A stretch of DNA of 64,000 nucleotides, from contig OY760907.1 of assembly GCA_963664195.1 (NCBI GenBank), positions 1,728,001-1,792,000 on the forward strand, in the 5' to 3' direction. Positions 1 through 9,688 of this stretch are shown in pieces. The notes beneath the pieces are model-generated. The model did no database searches and was not told the origin of the DNA. It worked only from the letters and a program-made list of their open reading frames with translations. The stretch's first letter is position 1. The number at the start of each line of letters is the position of its first letter. A program made the position numbers and the translations under genes. The stretch comes from an uncultured candidate division Zixibacteria bacterium (GTDB lineage: Bacteria; Zixibacteria; MSB-5A5; GN15; FEB-12).

Positions 1-2
1 AT

Positions 3-128
3 GAATTTCCCGACGAAGTATTCGATTTCGTTCTGAAACACAGGGGCCGGATGCCCCGTACGGCGCTCAGGTACGCTATCGAGAAATATCCCGCCGACAT
101 GCGCAAAAGGGCGATGGCGAAGGACTGA
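3..128 (+). CDS. 3' end (partial) of DNA alkylation repair protein, AlkD/HEAT-like family
   Basis: Frame 3 reads EFPDEVFDFVLKHRGRMPRTALRYAIEKYPADMRKRAMAKD*. MPRTALRYAIEK is the typical C-terminal motif of this family. Truncated by the window edge. Confidence 0.75.
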   Translation, partial: EFPDEVFDFVLKHRGRMPRTALRYAIEKYPADMRKRAMAKD

Positions 129-313
129 GCCAGCCCGAGCCCCTGCTCCGTCAGATCGGTAGCCACAGCTCGCATGCTTGATGCGGTCAGACGAGGACGT
201 CTTACCGCACATACAAGGGGGAGGAGGCGTCGAACTCGAACAACCGGGTCACGCCGGCAAACGTGTTACACTTGCAGCCGAGCCACACAGACAATCGAGT
301 CACGCAGCCAGAC

Positions 314-403
314 GAGTCCTTGTGGGTCGAAACTCCTGAAGTTTCGACAAGTCGCTGTGAGTCCTTGTAGGTCGCAACTCCTGTAGTCTCGACAAGTCGC
401 TGA
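314..403 (+). repeat. Two tandem 45-bp REP-like units
   Basis: gagtccttgtgggtcgaaactcctgaagtttcgacaagtcgctgt / gagtccttgtaggtcgcaactcctgtagtctcgacaagtcgctga; each is GT(A/G)G followed by a GTCGAAAC..GTTTCGAC-type hairpin. Confidence 0.8.
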
Positions 404-477
404 GCGTGTGTTTCAAGAATAGTGAGCGCCGGGGTTCCGTTCCTGACTCGACGCACCCTCGTTCACACATTTTTCTC

Positions 478-506
478 TTGCGTCCGTAGAGCAGGCCATC
501 TATATT
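478..506 (+). promoter_or_regulatory. Candidate sigma70 promoter for the 783 gene
   Basis: TTGCGT-N17-TATATT. Confidence 0.4.
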
Positions 507-782
507 TTACGCAGAGAGAGCGGAACAGGACACAACTCACAAAACCTCATCTTTAACTGATTGCGTGCAATGCACGGTCTGTTCTCTTGCGTTGGATTAG
601 TACTTGCGTGGAGTTTGCATGATCTTCCGCATTGCATTGACCTTCACCGAACGTGTACCTCACAGCCCGGCCTTCATAGTAAATAGCAACCCGTCCGTAC
701 GCGGGCGGCGAACTTATTTGTCGAGTGAAGGCCTGCAACTTCGATCTGAGAAGCACTAACATAGCAGAGAGGGGTATCTCAA

Positions 783-2669
783 ATGCTCAAAAAAGTCTCT
801 AATCGTTTTCTCCTCGCAATCTCGCTAATCGCCCTGGTGATCCTTGTGTTGCCGGGAATGTCACACTCTCAGGATTGTGGCAACATCGACGGCTCCCCCG
901 AGGGTGCGATCACTCTGGGCGATCTGACCGTCTTTATCGATGCGCTGTACATCAATCCGGTACACTTCCCGCTGGCCGACGTAGCGGATCTGGACGGAGT
1001 TCAAGGCGTCACCAACAACGATCTGGTCTGGTTGTTCGACCATCTTTCGTGCTCAATGGCACCCCTGGAGGAGTGTGGAAACGGACCGGATTCTGCCTTT
1101 CCCGTGAATCCCGGCTGTATTCTGGAGTACCGTAATTTCGTGGCGTCGCCCATGGCAACTGAGTGGACGTCGGAGCTCTGGCTGACAGTTGACGGTCCGT
1201 TCATGGGCCTCGCAGTGCCGTTTGTCTTTGACTGCCCGACTGCGGCCGAAACTCTCGATTCGATCACCTTCCCGACATCGCCGATGTGGTGGAAGATCGA
1301 CAATGCAGGCAAGCGCGGACTGATCGGAACAGCCGGTTGTGAAGGCGAACTGCCGGTCGGGGAGTTCCTGCTGGCGGAACTTCACTTCTCCCTCTTGCCA
1401 TCGGCAATGGAACACGTCATCAGGATCGACACCTCCGGCTACTTGCCGTCAGAACACACAATCGTACTCTCCCGTCCGGGGCCTGACGGACCAACCGGCG
1501 AGATTCCAATGCTGGTAGGTTTTGGACTTTCCGAGCCTCCGCCTTGCATGGCTACGGGGGACGTAAACCAGGACACCAACGTTGACATGGCGGATATCAG
1601 CCGGCTGATTGAGTACCTGTGTATTAGCCACGATCCGCTCGATGTGCCGTACGTGGCTGACGTCAACGGTGATTGTATTTTGGACACGCTTGATATTCTG
1701 GCTCTGGTCTGCTACAATTTCGGAGGCTGTGACAGCCCTCCGGTGTTGCCGGTGGAGACCTGCTGTGACCCCGGAGTACGCTTCTGCGGAGAACCCGACG
1801 GTGCGTTGCCTATCCGGGACGCCGAAGTTGTCGAGATTTCGGACGACTCTCTCCGGGTGGCAGTAAACGAGAGCGGTGACGACGGTGTCCGCGTCTACGC
1901 GGGCGATCCCGAGGCTACCGACAACATGGTACTCAATCTGGAAAACATCGATATGTCCGTGGAAAACGCCGAGTTGTCCGTTTCAGTCAGCGGCTATACG
2001 TTTGATACTAAGAGCGGGGAGAGGTCTGGTGCTCCCGGACGGATTGGTATGTGCGGCATCGCAAATATCGGTCTCGGCGCTATCCAGATCGTCGCCGACT
2101 TCAACCCGATCGGTGATCCGGACGTCCTTGTCAAGGTCTTCAACAACGGGTACATCACCGGCCAGAATACCGTCACCGGCGGTGGTCTGATTATCACCGG
2201 CCACGAGTATCTTAGCTACGGCCTTCCCGGCGTTACGTCTATGCGGTTGTACTCGCAGACGCCACCGACGTTTCATATCAAGCTCGATCGCATTACGGAA
2301 CTGGCGGTTGTCGGCGGTTCCACCCTCTACGGCGACGAGCTGTTTCTGAGTGCTGAAAACGCGACAAAAACCGTCACCGGTGTGCTCAGTGCCGATGTTC
2401 AGGCCGGGTTTGTCGGATGGTTTGGCCTGGCCTATTCGACCACGAATTGCTGCCGCGGGTTCACCGGCAATGTCGATGTCGACGCTTATGACCTCGTGAC
2501 AATGGGCGATCTGACGGTACTGATCGACCATCTGTTTATTAGCCTCGATCCGCTGGATTGCGAGGATGAAGCGTTTCTTGACGGTGAGGTCGACGTCACC
2601 ATGGGTGACCTGACCAAACTGATTGACTTCTTGTTTATCTCGCTGTCGCCACTGCCCTCCTGTCCGTAG
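783..2669 (+). CDS. Secreted protein with three dockerin-like modules and a cohesin-like domain
   Basis: Signal peptide; EF-hand-like dockerin motifs CGNIDGS..ITLGDLTVFI, TGDVNQDTNVDMADISRLI/ADVNGDCILD, and C-terminal CCRGFTGNVD..VTMGDLTVLIDHLF; cohesin-like beta-rich segment (LPVGEFLLAELHF); RBS agagagggg. Confidence 0.75.
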   Translation: MLKKVSNRFLLAISLIALVILVLPGMSHSQDCGNIDGSPEGAITLGDLTVFIDALYINPVHFPLADVADLDGVQGVTNNDLVWLFDHLSCSMAPLEECGNGPDSAFPVNPGCILEYRNFVASPMATEWTSELWLTVDGPFMGLAVPFVFDCPTAAETLDSITFPTSPMWWKIDNAGKRGLIGTAGCEGELPVGEFLLAELHFSLLPSAMEHVIRIDTSGYLPSEHTIVLSRPGPDGPTGEIPMLVGFGLSEPPPCMATGDVNQDTNVDMADISRLIEYLCISHDPLDVPYVADVNGDCILDTLDILALVCYNFGGCDSPPVLPVETCCDPGVRFCGEPDGALPIRDAEVVEISDDSLRVAVNESGDDGVRVYAGDPEATDNMVLNLENIDMSVENAELSVSVSGYTFDTKSGERSGAPGRIGMCGIANIGLGAIQIVADFNPIGDPDVLVKVFNNGYITGQNTVTGGGLIITGHEYLSYGLPGVTSMRLYSQTPPTFHIKLDRITELAVVGGSTLYGDELFLSAENATKTVTGVLSADVQAGFVGWFGLAYSTTNCCRGFTGNVDVDAYDLVTMGDLTVLIDHLFISLDPLDCEDEAFLDGEVDVTMGDLTKLIDFLFISLSPLPSCP

Positions 2670-2697
2670 AATCAGGTGATTCGATCTGTTTTTCTGG

Positions 2698-2729
2698 GTG
2701 AGCGTCAGGGTTCGATCCCTGACGCTCGC
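2698..2729 (+). repeat. Strong hairpin (REP-like or terminator); related degenerate copies at 422-455 and 3477-3501
   Basis: gagcgtcaggg-ttcgat-ccctgacgctc, 11-bp stem, no U-tract. Confidence 0.55.
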
Positions 2730-2839
2730 ACTCTGCCGAAAGATTGCACTCCGAATCTCCACATGTTGCCGGCTGGCCCCTCTTCGTCCGACGGCTGCTC
2801 ACCCTCAAAATCCCAATATCACATTCTGCACCAACAGAC

Positions 2840-2868
2840 TTGATCGAACATTCCATCCATCTTATACT
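2840..2868 (+). promoter_or_regulatory. Candidate sigma70 promoter
   Basis: TTGATC-N17-TATACT upstream of the 2946 gene. Confidence 0.5.
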
Positions 2869-2945
2869 TCTTCCTGTCTCCGGTTGAGGGTACCGACGAG
2901 ACGGGGAACACAATTTGTGCCGAAAACCGTAAATCGGAGGTAGTC

Positions 2946-3461
2946 ATGAGACTCAGACCGCTGATTCTAATCTTCACCGCCGCGGCAATACTCGTAACAG
3001 GGAGTACCGTTATGTCGAGCGAAACCGGGATCAAAGCCGAGAAGGAAACTATCGAAAAGACCATCGAAAGCTCCATAGGATGGGCAGCCACCAAAGACAC
3101 CGCGCTTCTGTTCAGCGTCTGTGCCGATGACCCGGAGTTTTTCATCTATCACCCCGATGCCGCCTCGACGATTACTGGTATCGAACCTTTCAAGAAGATG
3201 GTCACCACTCTTTTCATGAACGACTCGTTCAAAGCCACGCGGTACGAGTTCAAGAACATGCGGATTAATCTATCGCGCTCCGGCAACACGGCCTGGTTCT
3301 CCTGTCTTCTGGATGACTTCTACGAATGGGACGGTAAACCCGGCGGTTGGGAGAACGTGCGATACACGGGCGTCCTCGAAAAACGGGACGGCAATTGGGT
3401 TATCGTCCAGATGCATTACTCATTTGCGACCGACGCCAGGTCCGACGAAAGCAAAGAGTAG
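2946..3461 (+). CDS. Secreted SnoaL-like / NTF2-family protein
   Basis: Signal peptide; C-terminal RYTGVLEKRDGNWVIVQMHYS typical of the NTF2/SnoaL fold; RBS ggagg. Confidence 0.85.
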   Translation: MRLRPLILIFTAAAILVTGSTVMSSETGIKAEKETIEKTIESSIGWAATKDTALLFSVCADDPEFFIYHPDAASTITGIEPFKKMVTTLFMNDSFKATRYEFKNMRINLSRSGNTAWFSCLLDDFYEWDGKPGGWENVRYTGVLEKRDGNWVIVQMHYSFATDARSDESKE

Positions 3462-3753
3462 TAACTCTCCCTGTGTGCGGCAGGGAACGTCTCCCTGTCG
3501 CGTTCGCAGGCACGTCGAATGTACGACCCGGCCATCGTGAATCTGACACATCTTGTCGCTGTTCTCCCCGCACCACTTGAAATAATCTCATTCGTTCGTA
3601 CCTTGGGGAATCAACAACTCGACATCCAGTCCACGTAACATCCTTGTGGCCACGCGGTTACGAGTTCGAAGTATAGAGGCATCTCATAATCGGGTACCGG
3701 GCGCCGGAGAATAGCTCCGTCGCCGAAGAACTGTTTCAAAGGAGGCTTAACCT

Positions 3754-4290
3754 ATGTGTACACACGCACGCAAATGGCATCTCATTCTGCTTGGAGGGGT
3801 GATGTTGTTGGTGGCAGGAATCAGCTCACACTCTGCCGCCGATCAGACGGTAGCGATCGGGGGGAAGGTCACTGCCACTATTGTCGATCAACTGACGCTG
3901 GAACCGGTGGACGTGCCCGGGCACGTTTGTGTTCTGACGAAAGACGAAGGGGCCAATGCAAGTACCGGAATAAGCACGTTCATGGATGGGGCCGTGGTTT
4001 CCAACACCGCATTTGCCGATTTGATCAATGGCAGCGGTGAGATGTACGGATACCTGACGCATACTCTGAACAACGAGTCGGTTTCTATTCGTTGGGAGGC
4101 GCAGCAGACCATGACCGGCATGACCGGTGCGACGCCGGGTCTGACGTTTGACGGAACGTTCTCTTTCGTCAGCGGCACCGGCCGCTCTGAAGACATCGAA
4201 GGTGGCGGCACTTTTACCGGCGAATACATTTCCAAGACGGTCTGGATCTCGGATTGGGAAGGTGAATACACGGTTACCATGGCCAAATAG
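3754..4290 (+). CDS. Secreted hypothetical beta-barrel protein
   Basis: RBS aaggagg; signal peptide; GTFSFVSGTGRSEDIEGGGTF resembles allene-oxide-cyclase/dirigent-like barrels. Confidence 0.6.
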   Translation: MCTHARKWHLILLGGVMLLVAGISSHSAADQTVAIGGKVTATIVDQLTLEPVDVPGHVCVLTKDEGANASTGISTFMDGAVVSNTAFADLINGSGEMYGYLTHTLNNESVSIRWEAQQTMTGMTGATPGLTFDGTFSFVSGTGRSEDIEGGGTFTGEYISKTVWISDWEGEYTVTMAK

Positions 4291-4554
4291 CGTCCACCAC
4301 ATACCACCGGGCCGGAGCATGGTTTTCGACCCGGTGACTTCCAACCACATGAATCTCCGCAGCCGCAACTGTCGGCCGAGTCGATCGTATCGTCCTACCA
4401 AGGGAAATGATCGCGAAGGCCGCTCCATACACGTGAATCCGGTCGACGCGATCAGGTGCGAGTAGATTGGCTGTTTCCGGTCAGATGTGATTGACGACCG
4501 CATTGCGACAGTGCATTCTTCGGGAAATCGCCATGTCTTGAAACAGGGAAGAGC

Positions 4555-5775
4555 ATGAAAGTATCTCCGACGCTGGCCCGCAGAATCGCCTTGCACGCCC
4601 AACTACTCGATGGCCGCCACGGGTTTCCTTCCGGCAAGGAAGGTGTTGCCCGGGTGATTGAGACTCTCGGCTATATTCAGATTGATACTATCGCTGTCAT
4701 CAAGCGCGCACATCATCACACGCTCTGGAGTCGTCGCCGTGACTACGACATAGACATGCTGCACGATCTTCAGACGAGGGATCGTCGCATCTTTGAGTAC
4801 CTCGGCCACGCGCTGTCGTACCTGCCCATGGTTGACTATCGTTTTTACTTGAAACGTATGCAAGCGTTCCACGACCCCTACGGCAAGTGGGAGAAAGAGC
4901 GGCTGACAAAGTACGGACACCTGATGGAACCTGCACTCGAGTGCATAGAAAAGGAAGGTCCGTCAATCTCGCGTGAAATCGCGTCCAGCCTCGGCACGAA
5001 AAAGACTTCGCCGGACATGCGGGAGCCGACCAGGTCGGCGATGGAACTGCTCTTCCTGCGCGGTGATCTCATGGTCGCCGAACGTCGCAATTTCGAAAGA
5101 GTTTACGATCTCACCGAACGTGTCCTGCCGGAAGAGATTGACACTCGCGTTCCCAAAGACGATGAGCTTGGACGGTTCCTCGTTAAGCGAGCGCTGTCCG
5201 CGCACGGCATCGCGCACGTTAACGATATATGTCAGCACATCCATGCCGCCGACAGGGAAGTGGTCGTTGATGCACTGTATGATCTGGTGGAGGCCGGGGA
5301 AGTGACGTCCGTTAATCTGGGCGAAGGCAACGGTTACTACGCGTTGACAGGGTCCTTCGCGGCGCTCAAACGTCTAAGAGGAAAAAAGCCCGCAGTGACT
5401 CTGCTTTCGCCGTTCGACAATCTGATTATCAATCGAGACCGAGTCAAACGGCTGTTTGGTTTCGACTACTCCCTCGAATGCTATGTGACTCCCGCCAAAC
5501 GAGTCTACGGCTATTTTGTGCTGCCGATTCTCTGGGATGAACGATTGGTGGGTCGGCTCGATCCAAAAGCGGACCGCAAAACAAAGACATTGATTGTACG
5601 CAACTTGTTCCTTGAAGACAGCTTCACTGGTGACGATCAGTTCCTCGAAGCACTGGCGTCGTCTCTCGCAGAGTTTGCTGCATTCAACGACTGCGACACA
5701 ATCGCCGTGGAGAAAACAACACCGGGCACCATGAAGAAGAAACTGCAGGAAGCGATCAAGAAGCAGACTTGCTGA
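4555..5775 (+). CDS. ycaQ: YcaQ/AlkZ-family (HTH_42) interstrand-crosslink DNA glycosylase
   Basis: LGYIQIDTIAV (catalytic QxD), RVYDLTER, LLSPFDNL, RVYGYFVLPIL..GRLDPKADRK. Confidence 0.85.
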   Translation: MKVSPTLARRIALHAQLLDGRHGFPSGKEGVARVIETLGYIQIDTIAVIKRAHHHTLWSRRRDYDIDMLHDLQTRDRRIFEYLGHALSYLPMVDYRFYLKRMQAFHDPYGKWEKERLTKYGHLMEPALECIEKEGPSISREIASSLGTKKTSPDMREPTRSAMELLFLRGDLMVAERRNFERVYDLTERVLPEEIDTRVPKDDELGRFLVKRALSAHGIAHVNDICQHIHAADREVVVDALYDLVEAGEVTSVNLGEGNGYYALTGSFAALKRLRGKKPAVTLLSPFDNLIINRDRVKRLFGFDYSLECYVTPAKRVYGYFVLPILWDERLVGRLDPKADRKTKTLIVRNLFLEDSFTGDDQFLEALASSLAEFAAFNDCDTIAVEKTTPGTMKKKLQEAIKKQTC

Positions 5776-7069
5776 ATTCGATCCAAAACTCCGCCCCGCA
5801 CTCTTTGGATACAAGATTGAAGCCGAAACCGTGGTTGACCAGAATCTCACGAATCAACGTCAGACCGATCCCCTGTCCGTTTTTTTTTGTGCTGTAAAAA
5901 GGCGCGAATAACAACGATCTCTCAGCGGTTGAGATGCCGCTCCCTGAGTCGATGAGGCTAAGCCGAGGGGTGGGGCTGGTCGTAGTTCGAATCACAATTG
6001 TCCCGTCCGTCTCAATTGATTCACAGGCGTTTTTCACCACATTGACAATCACCTGCTCCATCTGGTTGACATCGGCCGCCACAGTGATCGGGCTGTCGCT
6101 CAAATCCCACTGCCAAACGATGTTTCGCCTTTCGCATTCGGCGCTCATCAGCACGTGAACCGAGCGAAGCAATTCGTGCAGATCACAGATCGAGACCGCC
6201 GGTGGGGGGATACGGACGACCTCCGCAAAGTTTGCCATGAATTCGTTCAGCCCGTTGTTGCGATCAATCGCCACCCGGAGTGCCTCTTCAAAATCCTGAC
6301 GGTCTTCCGGTGTCAACTGGTTGCCGTAATTCAGGGAGGAATGCATGATTGAGTTGATGGCACCGACCGAGTTGTTGATCTCGTGAGACATCATCCGAAT
6401 CACTTTGTCGTACGCGTGCTTCTGCGTATCGAGAATCTCGCGGGTCAACTCCTCGATCAAGATGAAGTGCCGGTGAAAGCCGCGATCAACAAACCGCGAC
6501 TTGTGACAGCGATATGTGCGCATTCCGTTAATGCGCACAATGCGGGACCCACCGGCATTCAATCCGGCCAATTCCGATCCCGGCGGCTCGGTGAAGTCAC
6601 TTACGAGCAGGCCGGTCATGTCCGGAGACTTATTGCCCAGCATCCGTTGCGCTGCGGCGTTCATCATCTCAATCCTTTCATCGAGATCCAGCAGGACAAT
6701 GCCCGAGGGTGAGGCCGCTATCAAACGCTCCAGAAAACAATGCTGCTCCTGCTGACGGACACGTTCGGAACGAAGCTCGTCAATCATCCGGTTGTACGTG
6801 ACTATCAGCCGGTCCAGTTCCTCCTGTCCCGTTTCCACGAATCGTGAATTGAAATCCTTGTCGTTGATTGATTCGATTCCAGCCGCGATGAGTCTCAGCG
6901 GCCTGAGAAACGACCTGTACAAATACACCGTGACGGCAACGCTGATAAGTATGAAAACCTCCGCCCCGATGAAATAGAACCTGTTGATGTTCAGCAGCAG
7001 CAACGATGCCGCAACCAGCAACAGGTGAATCAGAACCGCGAAGGCGATGAAACGGGAGCGAAGACTCAC
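5756..7069 (-). CDS. Membrane sensor histidine kinase (HAMP, PAS)
   Basis: 2 TM segments; H-box SHEINN; N-box NVVKNA; DSGSG; GQGIGL. Confidence 0.9.
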   Translation of the reverse strand: MSLRSRFIAFAVLIHLLLVAASLLLLNINRFYFIGAEVFILISVAVTVYLYRSFLRPLRLIAAGIESINDKDFNSRFVETGQEELDRLIVTYNRMIDELRSERVRQQEQHCFLERLIAASPSGIVLLDLDERIEMMNAAAQRMLGNKSPDMTGLLVSDFTEPPGSELAGLNAGGSRIVRINGMRTYRCHKSRFVDRGFHRHFILIEELTREILDTQKHAYDKVIRMMSHEINNSVGAINSIMHSSLNYGNQLTPEDRQDFEEALRVAIDRNNGLNEFMANFAEVVRIPPPAVSICDLHELLRSVHVLMSAECERRNIVWQWDLSDSPITVAADVNQMEQVIVNVVKNACESIETDGTIVIRTTTSPTPRLSLIDSGSGISTAERSLLFAPFYSTKKNGQGIGLTLIREILVNHGFGFNLVSKECGAEFWIEFSKSAS

Positions 7070-8442
7070 GGGGAGATTCCGTATTTTTCCAGCCTGCGAT
7101 ACAACGACCCGCGACTCAACCCGAGTGACCGTGCCACCCGGCTCATGTTGTTGCCGTGGAATGCGAGGGCCTTGCGAATCATCGTTTCTTCCATCTCGTC
7201 GATCGTCACCGTGCCAACAGCCGGCAACTCCATGCTGCCCGAGTGTTTTGTCGCCGGTTGCAGTTGCCTCTGGAAATCTTCGATCTCAAGCACGTCGTGT
7301 CCTGTCACGAGCACAGTCCGCTCGACCAGGTTTTTCAACTCCCGCACGTTCCCCGGCCACGAATGGTACTTGAGCCAGTCGAGAGCCGGGTCGCTGACCG
7401 TTAGGTCGCTGCGACGATAAATCACTCTCAGATTCTCGACAAACTGGTTCGCCAGCAGGGGAATATCATCCGGCCGCTGTCGGAGTGGAGGCAGACTCAG
7501 TGTTACGAGATTGATCCGGTAGTAAAGATCCTCGCGGAAGGTCTTGTTCGTCACCATGTCGCTCAGGTCGCGATTGGTCGCACACACCAGACGGAAATCA
7601 ACCTGCCTGGTCAGGCTTGTGCCGAGCACCTCAAAACTCCGGTCCTGAAGCACGCGAAGCAGCTTCACCTGCGCGCTTGGATCGACATCGCCGATTTCAT
7701 CAAGAAAAATCGTCCCGCTGTCTGACAGCTCAAACCGGCCAATCCGGTCATGCTTTGCATCGGTGAAGGCCCCCTTCCTGTGACCGAACATCTCGCTTTC
7801 AAACAGCGTGGGGGGGATGCCCCCGAGGTTCACCTTTACAAACGGGCCGTTGCGCCGTGCGCTGTTGGCGTGGATCGCCTCTGCGATCAGTTCTTTGCCG
7901 GTGCCGCTTTCTCCCACGATCAACACCGAAGCATCGGTGGCACCTACTCTGCCCGCTGTTCGAAGTACCGAGAGGAGACTCTCGTCGGCGCCAATGATGT
8001 TCTCAAAATCGTACTGTTTATTGAGTTCCTCACGGTTGTATGATGCTACGTCAGTCTGGGCAGTCCTGTTTGACAGCGCTAGTGCCGTTGTTACCGATTG
8101 CAGAAAATGATCGTTGTTCCACGGCTTGCTGATAAAATCCGCAGCGCCGAGTTTCATCCCCTCGACCGCCAGTTGTATCGAGCCCCAGGCTGTGATGAGA
8201 ATCACCGGCGCGTCCGGACATTGCCGCTTGATCTCCTTGAGCAGATGCAGGCCTTCCTCGCCGGTTGTGGCCAGCGTGAAATTCATATCCATCACGAACA
8301 GATCAGGAGGCTGCTCATTCGTGAGCTTCAGCGCCTCTTCGGGTCCATCGGCCGTCATCGTCCGATAGCCCGCCTGTTTCAACAGCAGACCGAGGGAAGA
8401 GCGAACCGCCTTGTCATCATCAATAATCAGTATCATATCCAA
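7066..8442 (-). CDS. NtrC-family sigma54-dependent response regulator
   Basis: REC domain (IIDDD, D-MNF); Walker A GESGTGKE; GAFTDA loop; WPGNVREL; Fis-type HTH. Confidence 0.95.
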   Translation of the reverse strand: MDMILIIDDDKAVRSSLGLLLKQAGYRTMTADGPEEALKLTNEQPPDLFVMDMNFTLATTGEEGLHLLKEIKRQCPDAPVILITAWGSIQLAVEGMKLGAADFISKPWNNDHFLQSVTTALALSNRTAQTDVASYNREELNKQYDFENIIGADESLLSVLRTAGRVGATDASVLIVGESGTGKELIAEAIHANSARRNGPFVKVNLGGIPPTLFESEMFGHRKGAFTDAKHDRIGRFELSDSGTIFLDEIGDVDPSAQVKLLRVLQDRSFEVLGTSLTRQVDFRLVCATNRDLSDMVTNKTFREDLYYRINLVTLSLPPLRQRPDDIPLLANQFVENLRVIYRRSDLTVSDPALDWLKYHSWPGNVRELKNLVERTVLVTGHDVLEIEDFQRQLQPATKHSGSMELPAVGTVTIDEMEETMIRKALAFHGNNMSRVARSLGLSRGSLYRRLEKYGISP

Positions 8443-8485
8443 ACCTGTCCTGCTGCAATATCAGGCATTGATCCGGCGAATCCAA

Positions 8486-9688
8486 CTACTCATTGTGCAG
8501 CGCCACTGCCGGATGAATCCGCGCCGCCAGTCGACTGGGATAAAGCGCACAAACAGCTACGATGAGATAGATCACCAAGACTGAGCAGAGGATCGCGATC
8601 GCATAAACAGAAGTCTCCACCGCGCCAAAAAGCCCAAGCAGCGGGGCTTGAATAGCGAAGAAGATTCCGAGCGCCAATCCGAAAGTAGTTGCCACCAGTG
8701 CTTCACCCAGAATCTGGAGTGAAACCTGCGGTGAATTCGCCCCGATCGCCCGACGAAGACCGATCTCGCCGCGACGCCTGTTTATCGAGTACCACAACAC
8801 ACCGAACAATCCCAGGGCCACGTTGATTATCAAGAACCCTGCCACCACGCCGAAAATGATAATCGGAAGTCTCTTTGTGCTGAAGTAAAACTCGCGCAGA
8901 TCTTCCATCCGCTCAACCCCCATTGTCCATCCGGGAGCAACCTTGTGAAGTCTGTCAATCAACCTCTCCTCAAAATCAATACCGGTCCCCGGTCGTACCG
9001 AAAACAGGAATTGCCTTGGTGCGCGGCCACCGAACTTGTTCAGGTTCTCACGAAAGAACATCGCCGGACCCGGTTCCTCGATTTCGCCGTAGAAACGATA
9101 GGTGTCGATTACCCCCACAACGTTCCATTCTCCAAGCATAGTCTCGCCGACAGCAGGGCCGTCGCCAAACATCGCCTCGCGCATCGGTCTGTTTATTACG
9201 AGCGGTGCCAGAGTCGACGCGTCGTCCTCAGGACCAAACCAGCGCCCCTCTGACACGGTCAGTCCCAGAACTCTGTCATAGTCGTCTCCGCAATCATACG
9301 GAAACATCGTCGGTGTCCTGCCGACTTCGGTGGATAGATTCCCCATGATGTTCGTCAGCGAATAGGGAAAACCCTCGGAAGTAGGTGTAACGCATTCCAC
9401 TTCGTCAAACGAGAGCATCTCGCGCTCAAGTACCATTAGCGTTTCTCGCAGCAAGCTGTCGCTAGGAGTATCAGCGTCGATATGGCCGCCCATGACGTTA
9501 TTCCAGTCCATCCGAAGTACATATACGTTCTTGTACGAGAACCCGAGTGGTTTGGTGTAATTATTCGTTGCGTAGAGGATCATGCTGCCGATAGCAAACA
9601 GGACGATAAACGAGAGCGTGATCTCGAGCATCATTAGAAAACTGCTGCGCTTCCGATTCCAGATCAGTTTGAACATGTGTTTGATCAT
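8486..9688 (-). CDS. ABC transporter permease, MacB/FtsX family
   Basis: Periplasmic domain plus RRGEIGLRRAIGA and C-terminal PSRLAARIHPAVAL. Confidence 0.9.
   Translation of the reverse strand: MIKHMFKLIWNRKRSSFLMMLEITLSFIVLFAIGSMILYATNNYTKPLGFSYKNVYVLRMDWNNVMGGHIDADTPSDSLLRETLMVLEREMLSFDEVECVTPTSEGFPYSLTNIMGNLSTEVGRTPTMFPYDCGDDYDRVLGLTVSEGRWFGPEDDASTLAPLVINRPMREAMFGDGPAVGETMLGEWNVVGVIDTYRFYGEIEEPGPAMFFRENLNKFGGRAPRQFLFSVRPGTGIDFEERLIDRLHKVAPGWTMGVERMEDLREFYFSTKRLPIIIFGVVAGFLIINVALGLFGVLWYSINRRRGEIGLRRAIGANSPQVSLQILGEALVATTFGLALGIFFAIQAPLLGLFGAVETSVYAIAILCSVLVIYLIVAVCALYPSRLAARIHPAVALHNE

Noticed and set aside
314..403. CRISPR array
   Set aside because: Only two abutting units with no unique spacers and no cas genes; the units match the dispersed REP-like family.
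670..745. c-di-GMP riboswitch upstream of the dockerin gene
   Set aside because: A hairpin is present but the GGCAAAC..GAAA..CGCAAA consensus is not met.
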